A model generated the notes under the pieces. The model did no database searches. It was not told the DNA's origin and worked only from the letters and a program-made list of their open reading frames with translations. From Lama glama (taxonomy: Eukaryota): DNA of 64,000 nucleotides. Of this stretch, positions 27,561-40,597 are shown piece after piece. The stretch is taken from contig CM052828.1 in the NCBI GenBank assembly GCA_028534125.1, forward strand, positions 54,374,001 to 54,438,000, written 5' to 3'. The position numbers were made by a program, and so were the translations under genes. The stretch's first letter is position 1. Every line of letters starts with the position of its first letter.

Positions 27561-28504
27561 TTCAGCGTCTAACCAAAGCCTTTGTCTTGGGAAAAATATC
27601 TGCTGACACATGAAACCTTCAAAAGTTCAATGAAGCCTGAATCCACTAAGAATACTGTGTGTCAGACTGTCAGGAGTGAAAGATGAGGTTTCACTTCTTT
27701 TGTCATTTTCTTAAAACTTCTTTAGTTGGAAATATTCTTGGACCAAACCCAAACTAAGCAATTGTGATAAAGAAATCATGTCCAACCAAACTATTCATTT
27801 CTCTGTCAGCTTTGGCTCTTCCAAAGGACTTGAGGTTGGACGTCTGCCAAAGCAGGTCCTCCCTGTGCTATGTAGGGCTTTTTGGATAATGTACTCCAAC
27901 CTAGTTTCTGTTAATCCTCTAGCTTTCTTATAATGGTGAAAGGCCATTGGGAGAAAAAAAAAATATATATATATATATACGTGCTGTGATCAACTCAAGA
28001 AAGACTGTCACAACGGGGGAATCCCTGTTCCAACCATAACACTAATGTGAAATCCTCTTAACTTCTCTCAAGTATCACAACCATACTGTTATGTATTTGG
28101 AGAGTTTTATCAATACTTATTAAGAGGTATCTTAGGCAGAATTGCATTCTACCAGTAATATTTCCATTAAATTATACTTCTAACCATTCGAGAACAGTTT
28201 ATAAGCTTTCAGAGAGTAACACAACTAAATCGATTTAAGATGAACAAAGGTCTATTTTACCAAAGGAAGTGCAACATGAACGTTTAAAATATAATTACCC
28301 CTGTGCAGAGCTAAGTCTACCTGATTTGTTTTTACTAATAGGATTTCCACTCTACCTGTTTTTCCCAACCTCTGCTTGTCTAGGCATCGTGCACCTGTTG
28401 CTCCACATCCAAAGAATGGATAACCTCTTTATCTTTTCTTTAGCTCCCTTCCTGTGAGGCTTACTCCCCAGGGCATCTTGAGTAGTTATCAATTAAAAAT
28501 AGAA

Positions 28505-28650
28505 CAAAGACATCATAGCAGCCACTTGTGCCCTTGCCTATGCCAAATGCTTTGTACCCATTTATTCCTCATAATAAGCCTTAGGGTAGGGAGACATATC
28601 CAGAATTGAGAGGAAAGGAAAGCAAAGCTCAGAGTTTAAGAAACTCATCT
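28505..28650 (-). mobile_element. MIR fragment
   Basis: atagcagccacttgtg...tatgccaaatgctttgtac...tcctcataataagccttagggtagg...aaagctcagagtttaag. Confidence 0.5.
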
Positions 28651-30167
28651 ACTACCCCTGAGTTCTTACATTAACTGAGGTATTAAATTAACTGGTGACA
28701 AATTAAATTGTTCAGAGAAAGGCAACAAGACATGGGGTGGGGGAGTGTGGCAGATGACAGAAAAACAGCCAAGATCCCTCCTTTACAGGCAGTTATCTTT
28801 CTTAAGAAAAACTAAATAGACTCAACTGATGAACTGAGAAGGTGGCACAAATTAGCCCAGAGGTCCCTTGTGAAAGCCTTGAGTAGCAGTGGGAAGGCTG
28901 CCATCAAAATTGGGTCCAAGGACTTGGGGCAAAGAGGAGAGAAATTTGTGTTCTAACAAAAAAATAACTATCTTCCTATCATTATATTTAGCTATAAATA
29001 ACTTAAAAGTTAACCTATATGGCAGACAAATAGGAAAGGAATAATATGGTATATAATTCTGGTATTTAAGAATGTGAAATTGAATCTTTCAAGCAAACTG
29101 CAAACCCAATGATCTGCTTAATTTTAAACCAGGCATTACAAGTGATGCAGGTATCTGCATCTTTTCTGGTACTGTCCCCTATTCACTCCACAAACTAGCA
29201 TAATAATGGATCTTTAGGATTTTCATGAAGATACATGACAGATCAACTACAGTAAGAGAGAAAAGATGCCTTTACATCTTCCATCTGGGGACTTGAGATC
29301 CTCACTTTTGTAGACATTCATCCCTCCCTCTAATGTGGAGGGTGCCCCTTGATGTATGTGACTGGCTTCTGCGCCCGGGCACAGGCTGGATAATCAGAAA
29401 AAAAAAGGGAGCGCTTGAGACTCAGCTGCATCACTTCTGTCATCATAGATCTACCAACTTCGGCAAATCAGCTTTTCATAGCTAGTTCTTGGCTGACAGC
29501 AGGTGAAAAGATTTAAGATGAGAATTAATTACACCGATATAAAGCTACCAAGGGACACACCAATGAGAGCTGCTCATTGGTCCCAAAGGACATAAAATGT
29601 CAGAGAAACAGCAGCTGCAGTATGCCAATGGATGGATGTTTCTGATGCTTGACAAAACACATTATGTCAATAAAAGACCTATGTCCTGTAATGAAATCGT
29701 TCACGAAGAGAGAAAAAAACCACACCATCTTTCAGCACACAGGCTATTTAAAATAAGATGGTTTCTTTATACAGAGCTCTGATAGTGAATAGATAAGATC
29801 TATGAAGTTTTAATTTTTTGCTATTAAAGATGAGGGAGAATAGATAAAAATACAGTAAGCATTGACTAATAAGAAAGTTAAAATCATGAAGTAGGACCAA
29901 AATTAATACATCCAATGGGAAAGTGAAGACTTCATGTTTAGTTTTTGGTTCTGAGTTGAACTATTACAGCAAAGTCAAAACATTTTAACATTTTAGAAGA
30001 GAAGTTAAACTTGAATTTTGGAAAAACAAAACTATTTCTCATACCAAAACTTATCAAAATGTAGTGAAAAGGAACATGTTTATACCCAATTTTTTCTGTT
30101 CTATTGAAATAGAACTTACACTTTATTAAAGCATCCAAATATTAAGGTTTCTCCTACAGCTTCATTA

Positions 30168-30330
30168 TACACACACATATACACAGCCATACAACACTTA
30201 TACACAGATAGACACGTAGACACATGCACCTACACACAGACATACACACACACATACACATACACACATAGACACAACACACACACACACAAACACTGCA
30301 TCCAGACACAAAAACATACACACACACGGA
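30168..30330. repeat. Degenerate (CA)n/(CATA)n low-complexity tract
   Basis: Repeated acacac/catacac/gacaca units. Confidence 0.85.
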
Positions 30331-30334
30331 TACC

Positions 30335-31112
30335 AGCTCAAGATATAAGGCATTTTTTTTCACCACAGTAGACTCACTGGTATCCCTTCTAATCAATAAT
30401 CTCTCCTCAATGGTGGCTACCATTCTGACCTCTGTCATCAAAAACCAGATTTGCCTGATTTTCAGTTTCATATATATTGAATCACTCAGAATGTACCCTT
30501 TAGTGCCTGGCTTCTTTTGCTTCTTATTATGTCTGTGAGATCTAGCCATATTCTATTGTGTTTAGTCTCACTGTTGTGTGGTATTTAATGATCTGATTAT
30601 ATATAATTATATTATAATTTATATAATATAATTTATAATTAATGTAATTATTAATTATATTATAATTATAACATTTAGGGTGTTACAGTTTGGGGCTATT
30701 ATTAATAATATTGCTATTAACATTTTCATACCTGTCTGTTTAATAGAAATAAACACTCATTTCTCTTGGCTGTGTACTCAAGAATGGAACTGCTATTCTC
30801 TAAGATATACGCATGTTTAACATGAGTAGACCTTCTCAAAAAGTTTTCCTAAAGAGTTGTACCAACTGGCATCCCAGTAGCAACATATGAAAGTGGGTTT
30901 TTGTTGTTTTTGTTCTACAGCATTGCCAACACTTGGGGTTCTCAAGTTATTAATGTTAGCCATTCAAGTCACAGCAGAGGGGCATCACCTTATCGTTTTA
31001 ACTCACATTGTCCCAATAAGTAATGATTCTGAGAGTCTGTTCATAAGCTTATTGGCTATTTGGATACTCTCTTTTGTGAAATGCTATTCACTTCATTTGC
31101 CAATTTTTAAGT
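30335..31112 (-). mobile_element. Old L1 fragment (L1MC/L1ME-like) interrupted by an AT-rich tract
   Basis: accattctgacctct...tttgcctgattttcagtttcatat...gcctggcttcttttgct...tttggggctattattaataatattgcta...agaatggaactgct...ttattggctatttggatactctcttttgtgaa. Confidence 0.8.
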
Positions 31113-33421
31113 GAAAGACGCCATCTTTAAAAAATAGCACTAGAAAATGCCCTTCTTTACATTTAAAATACAGATGACTTGGTACCGATGACAAAACAGT
31201 TACCAGAGGTAATAAAAAAACATTAATAAGTATGAACTCTTAATTAATTAAGGAGAATAAAATGTTATATCAACCTTCCACTATTTCAGTAATTTGGTAT
31301 TTCAAATTAAATGTGTCTTCATATTTCTATGTAAAAATACACTGTGTAATTTGCCAGCTAACACTCGTTTTCTATAAACTCTCTTATAGGTGTTTCTATA
31401 CTTCTTTTAATCTCCAGAAAGTAGATCTCTTCATAAGATATATATGAAAATATCTGTGAAAGTATGAACTTACATTCAGTCCAATTATTCCTGTGTAGCT
31501 TATTTATAAAGAAAGTTGAACAATAAAAACAGTAGCTTTAACTTAGACTTTTTTACAACACAGATTGTCTCTGATCTTAAGACCATTCATGGTAACCTCA
31601 ATTATGGAATGTGATAATAATTACTGAGCACTCAGTTGTAGTAAAACCAAGGTACATTTCACTTTAGGTTCATTAGTTAAATGAAGCCAATATAGCTCTT
31701 TACTACTATAAGTCACCCTCCAGTGCTTACAGACATTAACCTGAGTCATTATAGTTGAATTTAAGCAAGTTATCTGCAAATTTGACTCTTTACTAAAATA
31801 AACGTGGCACTCTGGGAATGTCAAAATATGGATTTCAATGTCATGTCTGAATTACTGTGAAATCTACTCCTTTATTCTCCTATCCCAAGTATTACTCATT
31901 TAAAAAAACCATTTGTTTATTACAAATGAAACACATTATGTATATACACACATATATTTCCCATATATGTATATTATTATGAATACTTTTTAAAAGATAA
32001 AAGCCATGATGAGATGATTTGCAACTGTTTTAAAGCCATAGTTGCACCACCTACTCAAGTCAAATTTACAAATCTCAGTGTGTCCAAAATGCCAGGAGTT
32101 TTGCTTCTCTGTGGCTGATTCAAACACAGTACTGTACATCATGTCCGTAAGTCTGAACTGGAAGCCGCATACTGAGAACTGAATATCCCTGAAAGATCCT
32201 CCAAGCCATTTAAAATGAACAGACTCATCCTTGGTAACTGTTGTTGTCACCGTATGACACTCATTAACTGTTGAACAACTCCTAGAGCTACTTCAAAGCC
32301 TAAAAATAAAACAGACTTTTTTTTTTGGCAAGGAGATGAGAGAAAGCATGCCTCGTAACAACTGTCTCTGAGTTTACTGGGTGATCAATGTCACCACGAA
32401 GTTTCCAAGTTGAGGACAGAAAGGAGCGCCGGCATCCTCAGTATTCAGCACAGCGCACTGAGCTTACACAGCCGCACGGCCAACACTGATTTTCGGATTA
32501 GATCCATAATAACCATGCTATCCCAAATGGATGGGTTTAATCCATGGATTAATTCAATTCCTTACATGCTCTAATTTTCTTCCAATTATGCTTGCTGGGT
32601 TGAGATAAAAATATCTCTGGCTTAAAAAAAATGAAGAAACACATTTTAAAGAAATCTCTACCGATTTGCTCTTGTTGCTTTCATTTTTCTTCACACGCTA
32701 AGGGGAAATCAAGGAGTGGAGCCCCGCCCAGGTTCTCTCATCCCTTTCTTCTCTTCTCATTAGAAACGCATTACCAGAGTCACGCTGGGCAACAGAAATT
32801 CCTGATGGCCGCTAAGTCAAGGTCAAGAAAACTCATTTGTGGTCTCTGCCTTTCAGGGTCTGTATTTCTGTGTTCCTGATGCTTCCAAATTCAAACTTTT
32901 GCAATTTATCACTGAGCTGAGGCCTGGATCTAACTGCAAATGGGCACCAACATCACAAAAAGTAAAAGCAGAATTAAGAAATAATATTATTTCCACTCAA
33001 AACTCTTTATAGAAAGCACAGATGAATGAAGTTAAGAACCAACTACTCACAGCCAGCCTGGTTATTACACATCCTCGTGAGGGAAGCACCTTCAAAATAC
33101 AGATGTCAAAGAGCAGGGAGAGATCAACTTTGACTGACTCTGTGTGAAATCAGTTCTATGTAATATCACAAGATGCCTTCATAGGGTTCTCCTGTGTTTA
33201 AATGATAAAGAAACGCCAACCACAATAAGAGAATAGAAATGATATAATTAAAACCAATGAAAGCCTGAAAACAAGTGTTTTAATAGCGGTTTAAAAAGTA
33301 GCAAATTACTTTTCTTACACCAATTAAGAATACATTAACCAGTCAATATTGTCAAACACTCTTCAAAGTGTTTATGATTCAACTGTTCTGGAGGTATGGG
33401 GAACAAATAAGAGTCTACCCT

Positions 33422-33549
33422 GGGGGAGGGCAGAGCTCAGCAGAAGAGCGCATACTTAGCACGCACAAGGTCCTGGGTTCAATCTCCAGTCCCTCCATTA
33501 AAAAAATAGTAATAATAAACCTAGTTTACTGCCCCCTCCCCCTCAAAAA
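33422..33549 (+). mobile_element. Camelid tRNA-Ala-derived SINE (vic-1 type) with TSD
   Basis: gggggagggcagagctcagcagaagagcgcatacttagcacgcacaaggtcctgggttcaatctccag; A-rich tail; 11-bp TSD aagagtctacc at 33409-33419 and 33550-33560. Confidence 0.92.
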
Positions 33550-34132
33550 AAGAGTCTACCGTAACTAAATCCCAATCCTGCATCGTGAAAAAAAACTCAT
33601 GTTTGTTGGGGAAACTGATGACCCAGAGCTAAAGTAAACACCTGCATCTTTTGAGCTTGGGCGAATTCCAGAAATAACTGACTTGGCTGAACGGCCCTAT
33701 CACTAACCCAGAGTAGACCCTAGATCCTCTAGAGGGTAAGAGTTCAAAAACTACTCACGTTCAATTAACTCCTACTAAGAGACAAACTTTTTAGCACATG
33801 ATCCTATTTAATGCTCATAACAAATATCTGAGGTGGGTTAGTTACCTCATTTTGTTAAATGAGCGTCAACATAGTTAAGTGATGTTTCCATGAGCCTTAA
33901 GAATTGATTTAGAATCAAACCAGGTTTACAGACTTCAAAACCTTTGCCTTTTTCACTGTAGCACAAGGCACTGGATGAGAACAGGTGGTCCTTACTGCCA
34001 CCTCCTGCTCCCCGGGGCAAGCTACCGAATCTCCTTGAGCCAAAGTTCTCTTCCATGTACAGTTTATATGCCTGCCTACGGCATAGAGTTGTGGTTCCTG
34101 AAATAAAACAATGGCCACGGTAGAAACTACTG

Positions 34133-34224
34133 TCAGACTCCGGCCTCCAGAACTGTGAGGGAATAAATGTCTGTTGCCACAAATTTTTGATACTTTGTTA
34201 CAGTAGCCGCACAAAACTAATACA
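34133..34224 (+). mobile_element. MaLR (MLT1) LTR 3' end fragment
   Basis: cagactccggcctccagaactgtgagggaataaatgtctgttg...tactttgttacagtagcc...aaactaataca. Confidence 0.8.
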
Positions 34225-35399
34225 GGTGGTACTGATCACATGTGGGATTTAGATGTTTACAGAGAAGGGAAGTCATTCCATCTCAGCATAAGAGAGTTGA
34301 GTTGGTCATTTCTGAAGAAATTTTAGAGATGAGCTAGTCTTTGTAGAAGAAGAAACAAAACAAGAAGAGAAAGCAGGATGAGCTCCAGGGTGGTTGGCAA
34401 TTCTTAACCACAAAAATTAATAGAACTGAGGAACAGAGTGGAAGTAAAACATGTAGACTCAAGGTAGCAGCTGAGACTGAAATTAGTCTACCCTCCCTGA
34501 CTATTGTGCACCCTAGAAATGAGACCGCTGTCCCATGATACTGACGTTATAAAGAGGAAAAGTGCACGCCCTTCTAAATAAAGAGTACAAGGAGCCACTG
34601 GAGTTCCTGAGGGAAGGTTGTTGAAGTCATGTGAGATGAGTTTGATCACAAAAGTTTAGATAAAGAAGATTGGAGTTGTTCATAAAATGGTTTGGAGTCT
34701 TACAAAGAATTTCTCAGTATTGCTGTTCTCCTGTGCTTTTTCTCACACATTCTGGTCAATTCCGTGTAAGTAAATGAAAAATTTCTCTGCCCAGTCTCAT
34801 AGGCACCACTGCCAGAAAGCCGTGGTTCACTGTCCCAGAAGCAGGGGTCTAGCCTGGTAGCTGGCAGCAGAGATTGTTTCCGGTCCTCGCTCTCACTCAG
34901 GATGCTGCGTCAGGCCAGCGTGGGGAAGAGGCAGAACCCTTTCACCCAGGATACAGACCCTTTTCTCACTCTTTTCCAAATGGGCATGGCTTTAAAAGCT
35001 TATTTGTTTTTAAAATATAAATACAGCCTTGCTTCTAAAGTATTTTTAGACAAAAATACTTTTCAGAATGGGAAGCTTTTGTGCGATAAGTGCCCACAAA
35101 GACAGATATTTAGCAAATCCATTGCTCTTTTATGTATACTTTCCTTTTTAACTTGTGAGTGAAAGAAGCAGAATTCCCATTTAAGGAACATTTTCAACTG
35201 CATTGACTGAATAGTTACTACCAGCAATGACCACTCAGCGCTTGAGGATACAGAGTGAGGAAGTAGGGTTCTTGTTCTCCAGAAAAAAAATATGGTATAT
35301 AAGTTTAGTTAATTTATAACTGGAAGACGGGAAGGCAGTCTCCTGGAAGTTGTTCAATTATCTGAGATACTTGTGTATTTTCAAAGGACTATGTAGCAC

Positions 35400-35470
35400 A
35401 TATGGTATATAGCATATATAGATATATATAGATCTATCTATCTATCTATATATATATATATATACACACA
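35400..35470. repeat. (TA)n/(TCTA)n compound simple repeat
   Basis: atatatagatatatatagatctatctatctatctatatatatatatatacacaca. Confidence 0.85.
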
Positions 35471-37310
35471 TCAATAGAGGAAACCATAGAGTGTTTGCTT
35501 TATGTTGGCTAGTCTGCACAGTTTAATTCTGTAAGTAATTCATCATCTCCACTGGTTTAATTACAATTCAGCATCCAGCCAATTGCCATAAAAATTCAAA
35601 GGCTGTTATTGTGTCTTGTTGCTTAATTGTAGACTTGGGGAAACCAAACTTACGCTGAATGCAGAAGTGAGCAAACCTCCTAAGCTGATGAATGCACTTT
35701 GTTATATCCTGATACAAATCCAAGAAATTTAATGCAATGTTCTACCCAAACAAGATCATAGTCCTAATTCATACACAGTGCTATTCAAAAGTGAACACCA
35801 TAGCTACTTTATCTCTCACAACAACAACAAATGTCTCTAGTGACCAAACAATTGCCTCCCAGTGAAAGTATGACACAGGTGGAAAGGTGTAAATGGGAAA
35901 GTGTTCCTAGTAAGTTTTGGCCCGTAGGTAGTACATCTTTATTTAGGATACAATCTTTCTTATTTCGCAAAATTCATTCATTCTCTTTTGCAATAACCTG
36001 TTATCACATCACAGTGTTGGCTCTCTAGCGACTTTCCACATTTGTATCAGAGCATTGTTCTAATCTAAACATTTGGGACTGCAGTCTCCTGCCACAAACA
36101 AAATGAGACATTCCAAATCAACGGCAAGCAGAAAGATGCCAAATCTGCAAATCCGTGGTGTTCCACCTCTCTAGATAGGAACTACCATAGACACAGACTT
36201 TTCACTAACTCAGTGTTGATTCCTTAAATGAGGTCAAAAGGTTTTCCCAAAGACCCACTTATATGTACTAAGTGGTAAGTAGTATATATTATTATTTTCA
36301 ATGCTAAAATAAGACTGAGTACCATTCATCATAAAATAGGACTTCAAAGAAAAATCTGTTCAAAGAACTAAGTACTTTTAAATCTCTATTCTCAATAGAA
36401 CAACCACATGGGATGTAATTCTTCCTTTCCATTTTGGACAATTCAAGACAAAACAGGACTGAAAATGTACTATAGAAGGCAGTTAGTCACTCAAAACCTC
36501 CTAGACATCAAGGTGATAGGGTACAAATAAATGTATAAGAATCAGAGTCCATAATTCTACCAGCAGGAGAGTCATATATGAGAAATGAGTTAGGGACCTA
36601 AATATACTGGTTAATATATCCTGGAACCACTGCTTTCTTGCTAATTTTGATCAAGACAAGTAAATATATAACATTCCTATAAGTAGTACTCATATGCACA
36701 AGCCATACATGGTCTACGAAGAAAATGTTTGTTCCTGGTTCCACAGGGAGAACCAAAGTTTAACTATAATGGCATATAGACATGTGGAAGCAAGAGAAAG
36801 AGTTACGTTAATTGTGACAAGGAATTGCACTTTAAATCCCTTAAGATGAATCTATATTCAGCTCCTCTTATTGTCTCAAAATAAAGCTTCAAATTTGCTC
36901 TTAGATGGGCAATAAGCTTTTCTGAAGATAAAGTGTGGTTTCCACTCAGTCTTCCTGGATGTGTGTTTGTGTGATTCATTTTTTTCTTTTTCAATATCCT
37001 CGATATTTAAACAAACTACTTCTAAATTAACCCAGCCAAGATCAATTTAGATAATAAACTTTTGACTCCAAGAGAATCATAAAGCATTGCGAAACCAAAT
37101 ATGACTACATAGAGACATATTAAAGTTCCCTAAGCTTATAAAAAAAGACTAGAACTAGACAAAGACCATGAAAATTGTAGAAGAAATGCACACCATTCTT
37201 CCAGCATGTCAGAAATCAGCTTCACTGGTAAGAAAACTTACAATTTCAATTCACATCTTGCCTTTGGGTTGGTACCTACCCCCCTCCCCCATGCACAGAT
37301 ACAACTTTAC

Positions 37311-37449
37311 ACTAGTTCCTGAAGTTCACAGGGACAACGACAGATGCCTATTTTGGTCACTATTGTATCCTCAATGCCATGAATAGTACCTGACACATGG
37401 CAATAACATAAATACATAAAATATAAATAAATATTTGGTGAATGAATGA
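37311..37449 (+). mobile_element. L2 3' terminus
   Basis: tttggtcactattgtatcctcaatgcc...agtacctgacacatgg...aataaatatttggtgaatgaatga. Confidence 0.75.
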
Positions 37450-38069
37450 GGGAGCACATTTCTCTGTATAAAGTCATGAATTTAAAAATGCAAATTGCAC
37501 GTGTTGATCTTCAGAAATACATGTTTCATTGATGATGAATCCACAAAAAAGGCCAGAACTTCTTTTCACTTGCTTAACTTCCCATAAAATAGAAGATATC
37601 TGAAAGGTTTTGTATTTTTTCTTCCTTTTTCTTTTTGGTATCGAGTTAATGAAACTGTTTTTTAAAACTATGTTCAAATGAATGTTGCATGTCTAAGCAG
37701 TCATTTAGGGAGACAATGGATTGAGTCTAATCATGCTGCCACTGATCGAAAATTTTAAAACCTCTTTCCTTCTCTCCATCTCTCTGTCACTGTCTCTGTC
37801 TCTCTCCTTCTCATCTTAATACAGGCGATTCTCAAAATACTCACCCAGTCCGACCAACCTCCTATTTTACATTCTCATTTGTTAAAGCCAGGACCATGCT
37901 ATTGTATTCTAAGTACACACATTGCAAAAATAAAACAATTCTGGAAAACCTGTGAATACTTATGGTTGCCCAAGTACAGGTCATTCATAATCTTATCTCA
38001 GTTTTAATTATCAACTAAGTTAATATTTCTATACCAGTTAACCAGGTTCCCTCTCTGTTTATTCCATCT

Positions 38070-38070
<1 letters not shown>

Positions 38071-38126
<56 letters not shown>
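38071..38126. repeat. (TATC)14 tetranucleotide microsatellite
   Basis: Perfect 56-bp run. Confidence 0.98.
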
Positions 38127-39354
38127 CTGACTGAATAAATCAGACATATCAAATAGCTCTTATATAAAATACTGACAGGGTTGCATTTATGGAAACTGTA
38201 TGAACTTTCATACATTTTATAACAAAGGAATCGTAAATTTACACAAGAAGAACCCATAAAACGCCAACAAATCTTACACTGTTGGTTCATCAGTTACTTT
38301 AAGCTAAGTTAAAACATCTGAGCTCACACTCTTTATCAATAAAAAATTACACTGCATATTAAAACCATGCAGTGAAAGTCAATGCCGGCCTCTACGAGTA
38401 CACTACAAACCACCAAAGTAATTCGAGATCTAAGGAATAGCTTTCAGTTACTGCCAGTGGGACCAATAAAATCTTTAAGGTTTCATGCCGGGATCCACTT
38501 CACATTTCAGAAAAGTTTGTAGCGAAATGTTCAGGTATAGCCTGCCAGTGTTCTTGGTGAAAATCGGCAGTATTGCTCTTTACTGTATATTAACAGACAA
38601 CCAGACTATGCCGTCCTTGCATGCTCCAAAACAAAAGTGCCAACAGCAATACTATATGAAATACACAATCCCAACTACCCCATTAAGTCAACCATTCATT
38701 TTTTTCCAGTAATATGTACTTTAATAGCTATTGTTTTAAAGCACTGGGTGCTTCTAATATTTTCCCAACTGTAATACTCAGATGACTGAATTTGCAGAAA
38801 AGTGGATGAACGAAGATTAAAAAAAATTGTCCTCACTACCCTCACCAAAGCAAACAAACAAAAAGCAAATTTCGCGTAGCACAAATTACACAGTGCTAGC
38901 GTGTATTATCCTTATCCAAATCACCGCCCTAAGAGAGGGGCATTAAAAACGACCATTTCACATAAGAAGAAAGCTCAGTTGAGAAACCTACCAGAGGCTC
39001 GACAGATAGTAACTGTCACACTTTAACTGAGACATTCGGAGACAGAGTTGAAGAAGTTTACCCCCTACACCTCAGAAACTGATTAAACGCCACCGAGCTA
39101 TTTAGCAGCATATGCAAAACTACACATCACTTCTGCTCTGGCGTACCACCTCAATCCCAATGGAGAGTCAGCGGAAAGAAGAATGCCCACTCTATGCCTG
39201 AGCCTACACAAGGCAAATAAACACGGATGGCGGTTAAATAAGAAAAAACAGTGCCGTAAATATTTACACCTAATACACAAGTCGTGGAAGCAAGGACAGA
39301 ATCGTCTAAGAATAGAGCTCAAGTTTCTTGGAAGTAAATGTCACATCGTAAAAC

Positions 39355-39462
39355 CAATGGTTATCAAACTCTAGTGTGTATAAATGTCACCTGAAGTGCT
39401 TCTTAAAATGCAAACTACAAGACCCCACGCTCATCTGGAGATTCTGATTCAACAGGCTGGGT
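39355..39462. mobile_element. MER5A half-element
   Basis: caatggttatcaaactctagtgtg...tcacctg...cttcttaaaatgc...gagattctgattcaacaggctggg. Confidence 0.6.
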
Positions 39463-39473
39463 AAGATTTAAAG

Positions 39474-39600
39474 CAGTGTTCCCCAAATGCTGCTGTATAT
39501 AAGAATTACCTGGGTCGCTTTTAGAAATCCCAATGAACAGGCTGCATGCGGAACAATTAAATCAGAATGTCAAGGGGTAGAAGTCACATAGTATTTTCTT
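39474..39600. mobile_element. MER5B partial element
   Basis: cagtgttccccaa...gctgtatataagaattacctggg...cttttagaaatcccaatg...caattaaatcagaat...agtatttt. Confidence 0.7.
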
Positions 39601-40454
39601 TCTCATGGATTAACTCAAAATGAGTATTTAAGTGTATTTATTTTGAACAGAGATGAGAAAATTTTATATATAATTATACCTATTTATTCTGAAATATATT
39701 ATTATTGTCCTCAATAGGAATTTCATCTTAACCCTGTTCATATTCCAAATAAAAGAGGTTGTGCAACTTTTTGCAGCTCCGGGGAGTTCTGTTCGGTGAT
39801 GTTCTACTTTTCCTAAGAGGCTCCCCGGTGATTCCTGATTTCTCCTGGATGCTCAGCTCCATCCCTGAAAAGATTTTGCTACAGGCACAGTGATTCACCC
39901 TGAAACCTGAATCCAAAATGTGCTTGGAAATCACTATTTGCAGCTTAAAATTTATATTTGAAACAGAAATGCTGATAGAACTAATGAGTGCTTATTCAGA
40001 GAATTTTGGTTGCTTGGTAATCACATACCCTTCAAAAGAACCCTTGGAAGGTAAGTGTACTTTTATGACTTCTGTTCTTATAAGGTTATGAAGTTAATAG
40101 CAAGAAGTTGTGGGGCTGTGCAAAGTAGACCAAAAGTCAAGTCCTCATATAAATACCCTTTGGCTTAAAGTTAGTTTAAACTATGCAAGCAATTCAGTAA
40201 AAACAGTTATACAGAAGGAGAAAACTGCAGATAGTACAAATGATTTTTTACCTGATTATCACTCCCCAATAACGAGAAAGTTGATAAGCAAAGAATGTCT
40301 AAGTAAAAATTCCAAGGGGCCTGGATGATCAGTGGGGCAAGAATTTATATTTTCCAATTGTTTTCAAATCTTTTTTCTGTTTGTCTTTTGTTTGCTTGTT
40401 TGTTTTGACTTGTCTACTATTTAGAGCCACAGGCAGATGAAACCTGAGATAGCC

Positions 40455-40597
40455 ATTCAAAAGGGATCTTTCAAAATGATCAGCCCGAATGTTCATACCC
40501 CTTCTAAGACCAATAGCATCATATTCTCAGGTGATGCAGCCAGGAATGAATATATTTTAAAAGTTGTCTAATGTGTAGCCAAGTCTGAAATCCACTG
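40455..40597. mobile_element. MER5B-like degenerate element
   Basis: ...agaccaat...tatattttaaaag...tctaatgtgtagccaagtctgaaatccactg, a hAT-type terminus. Confidence 0.55.
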
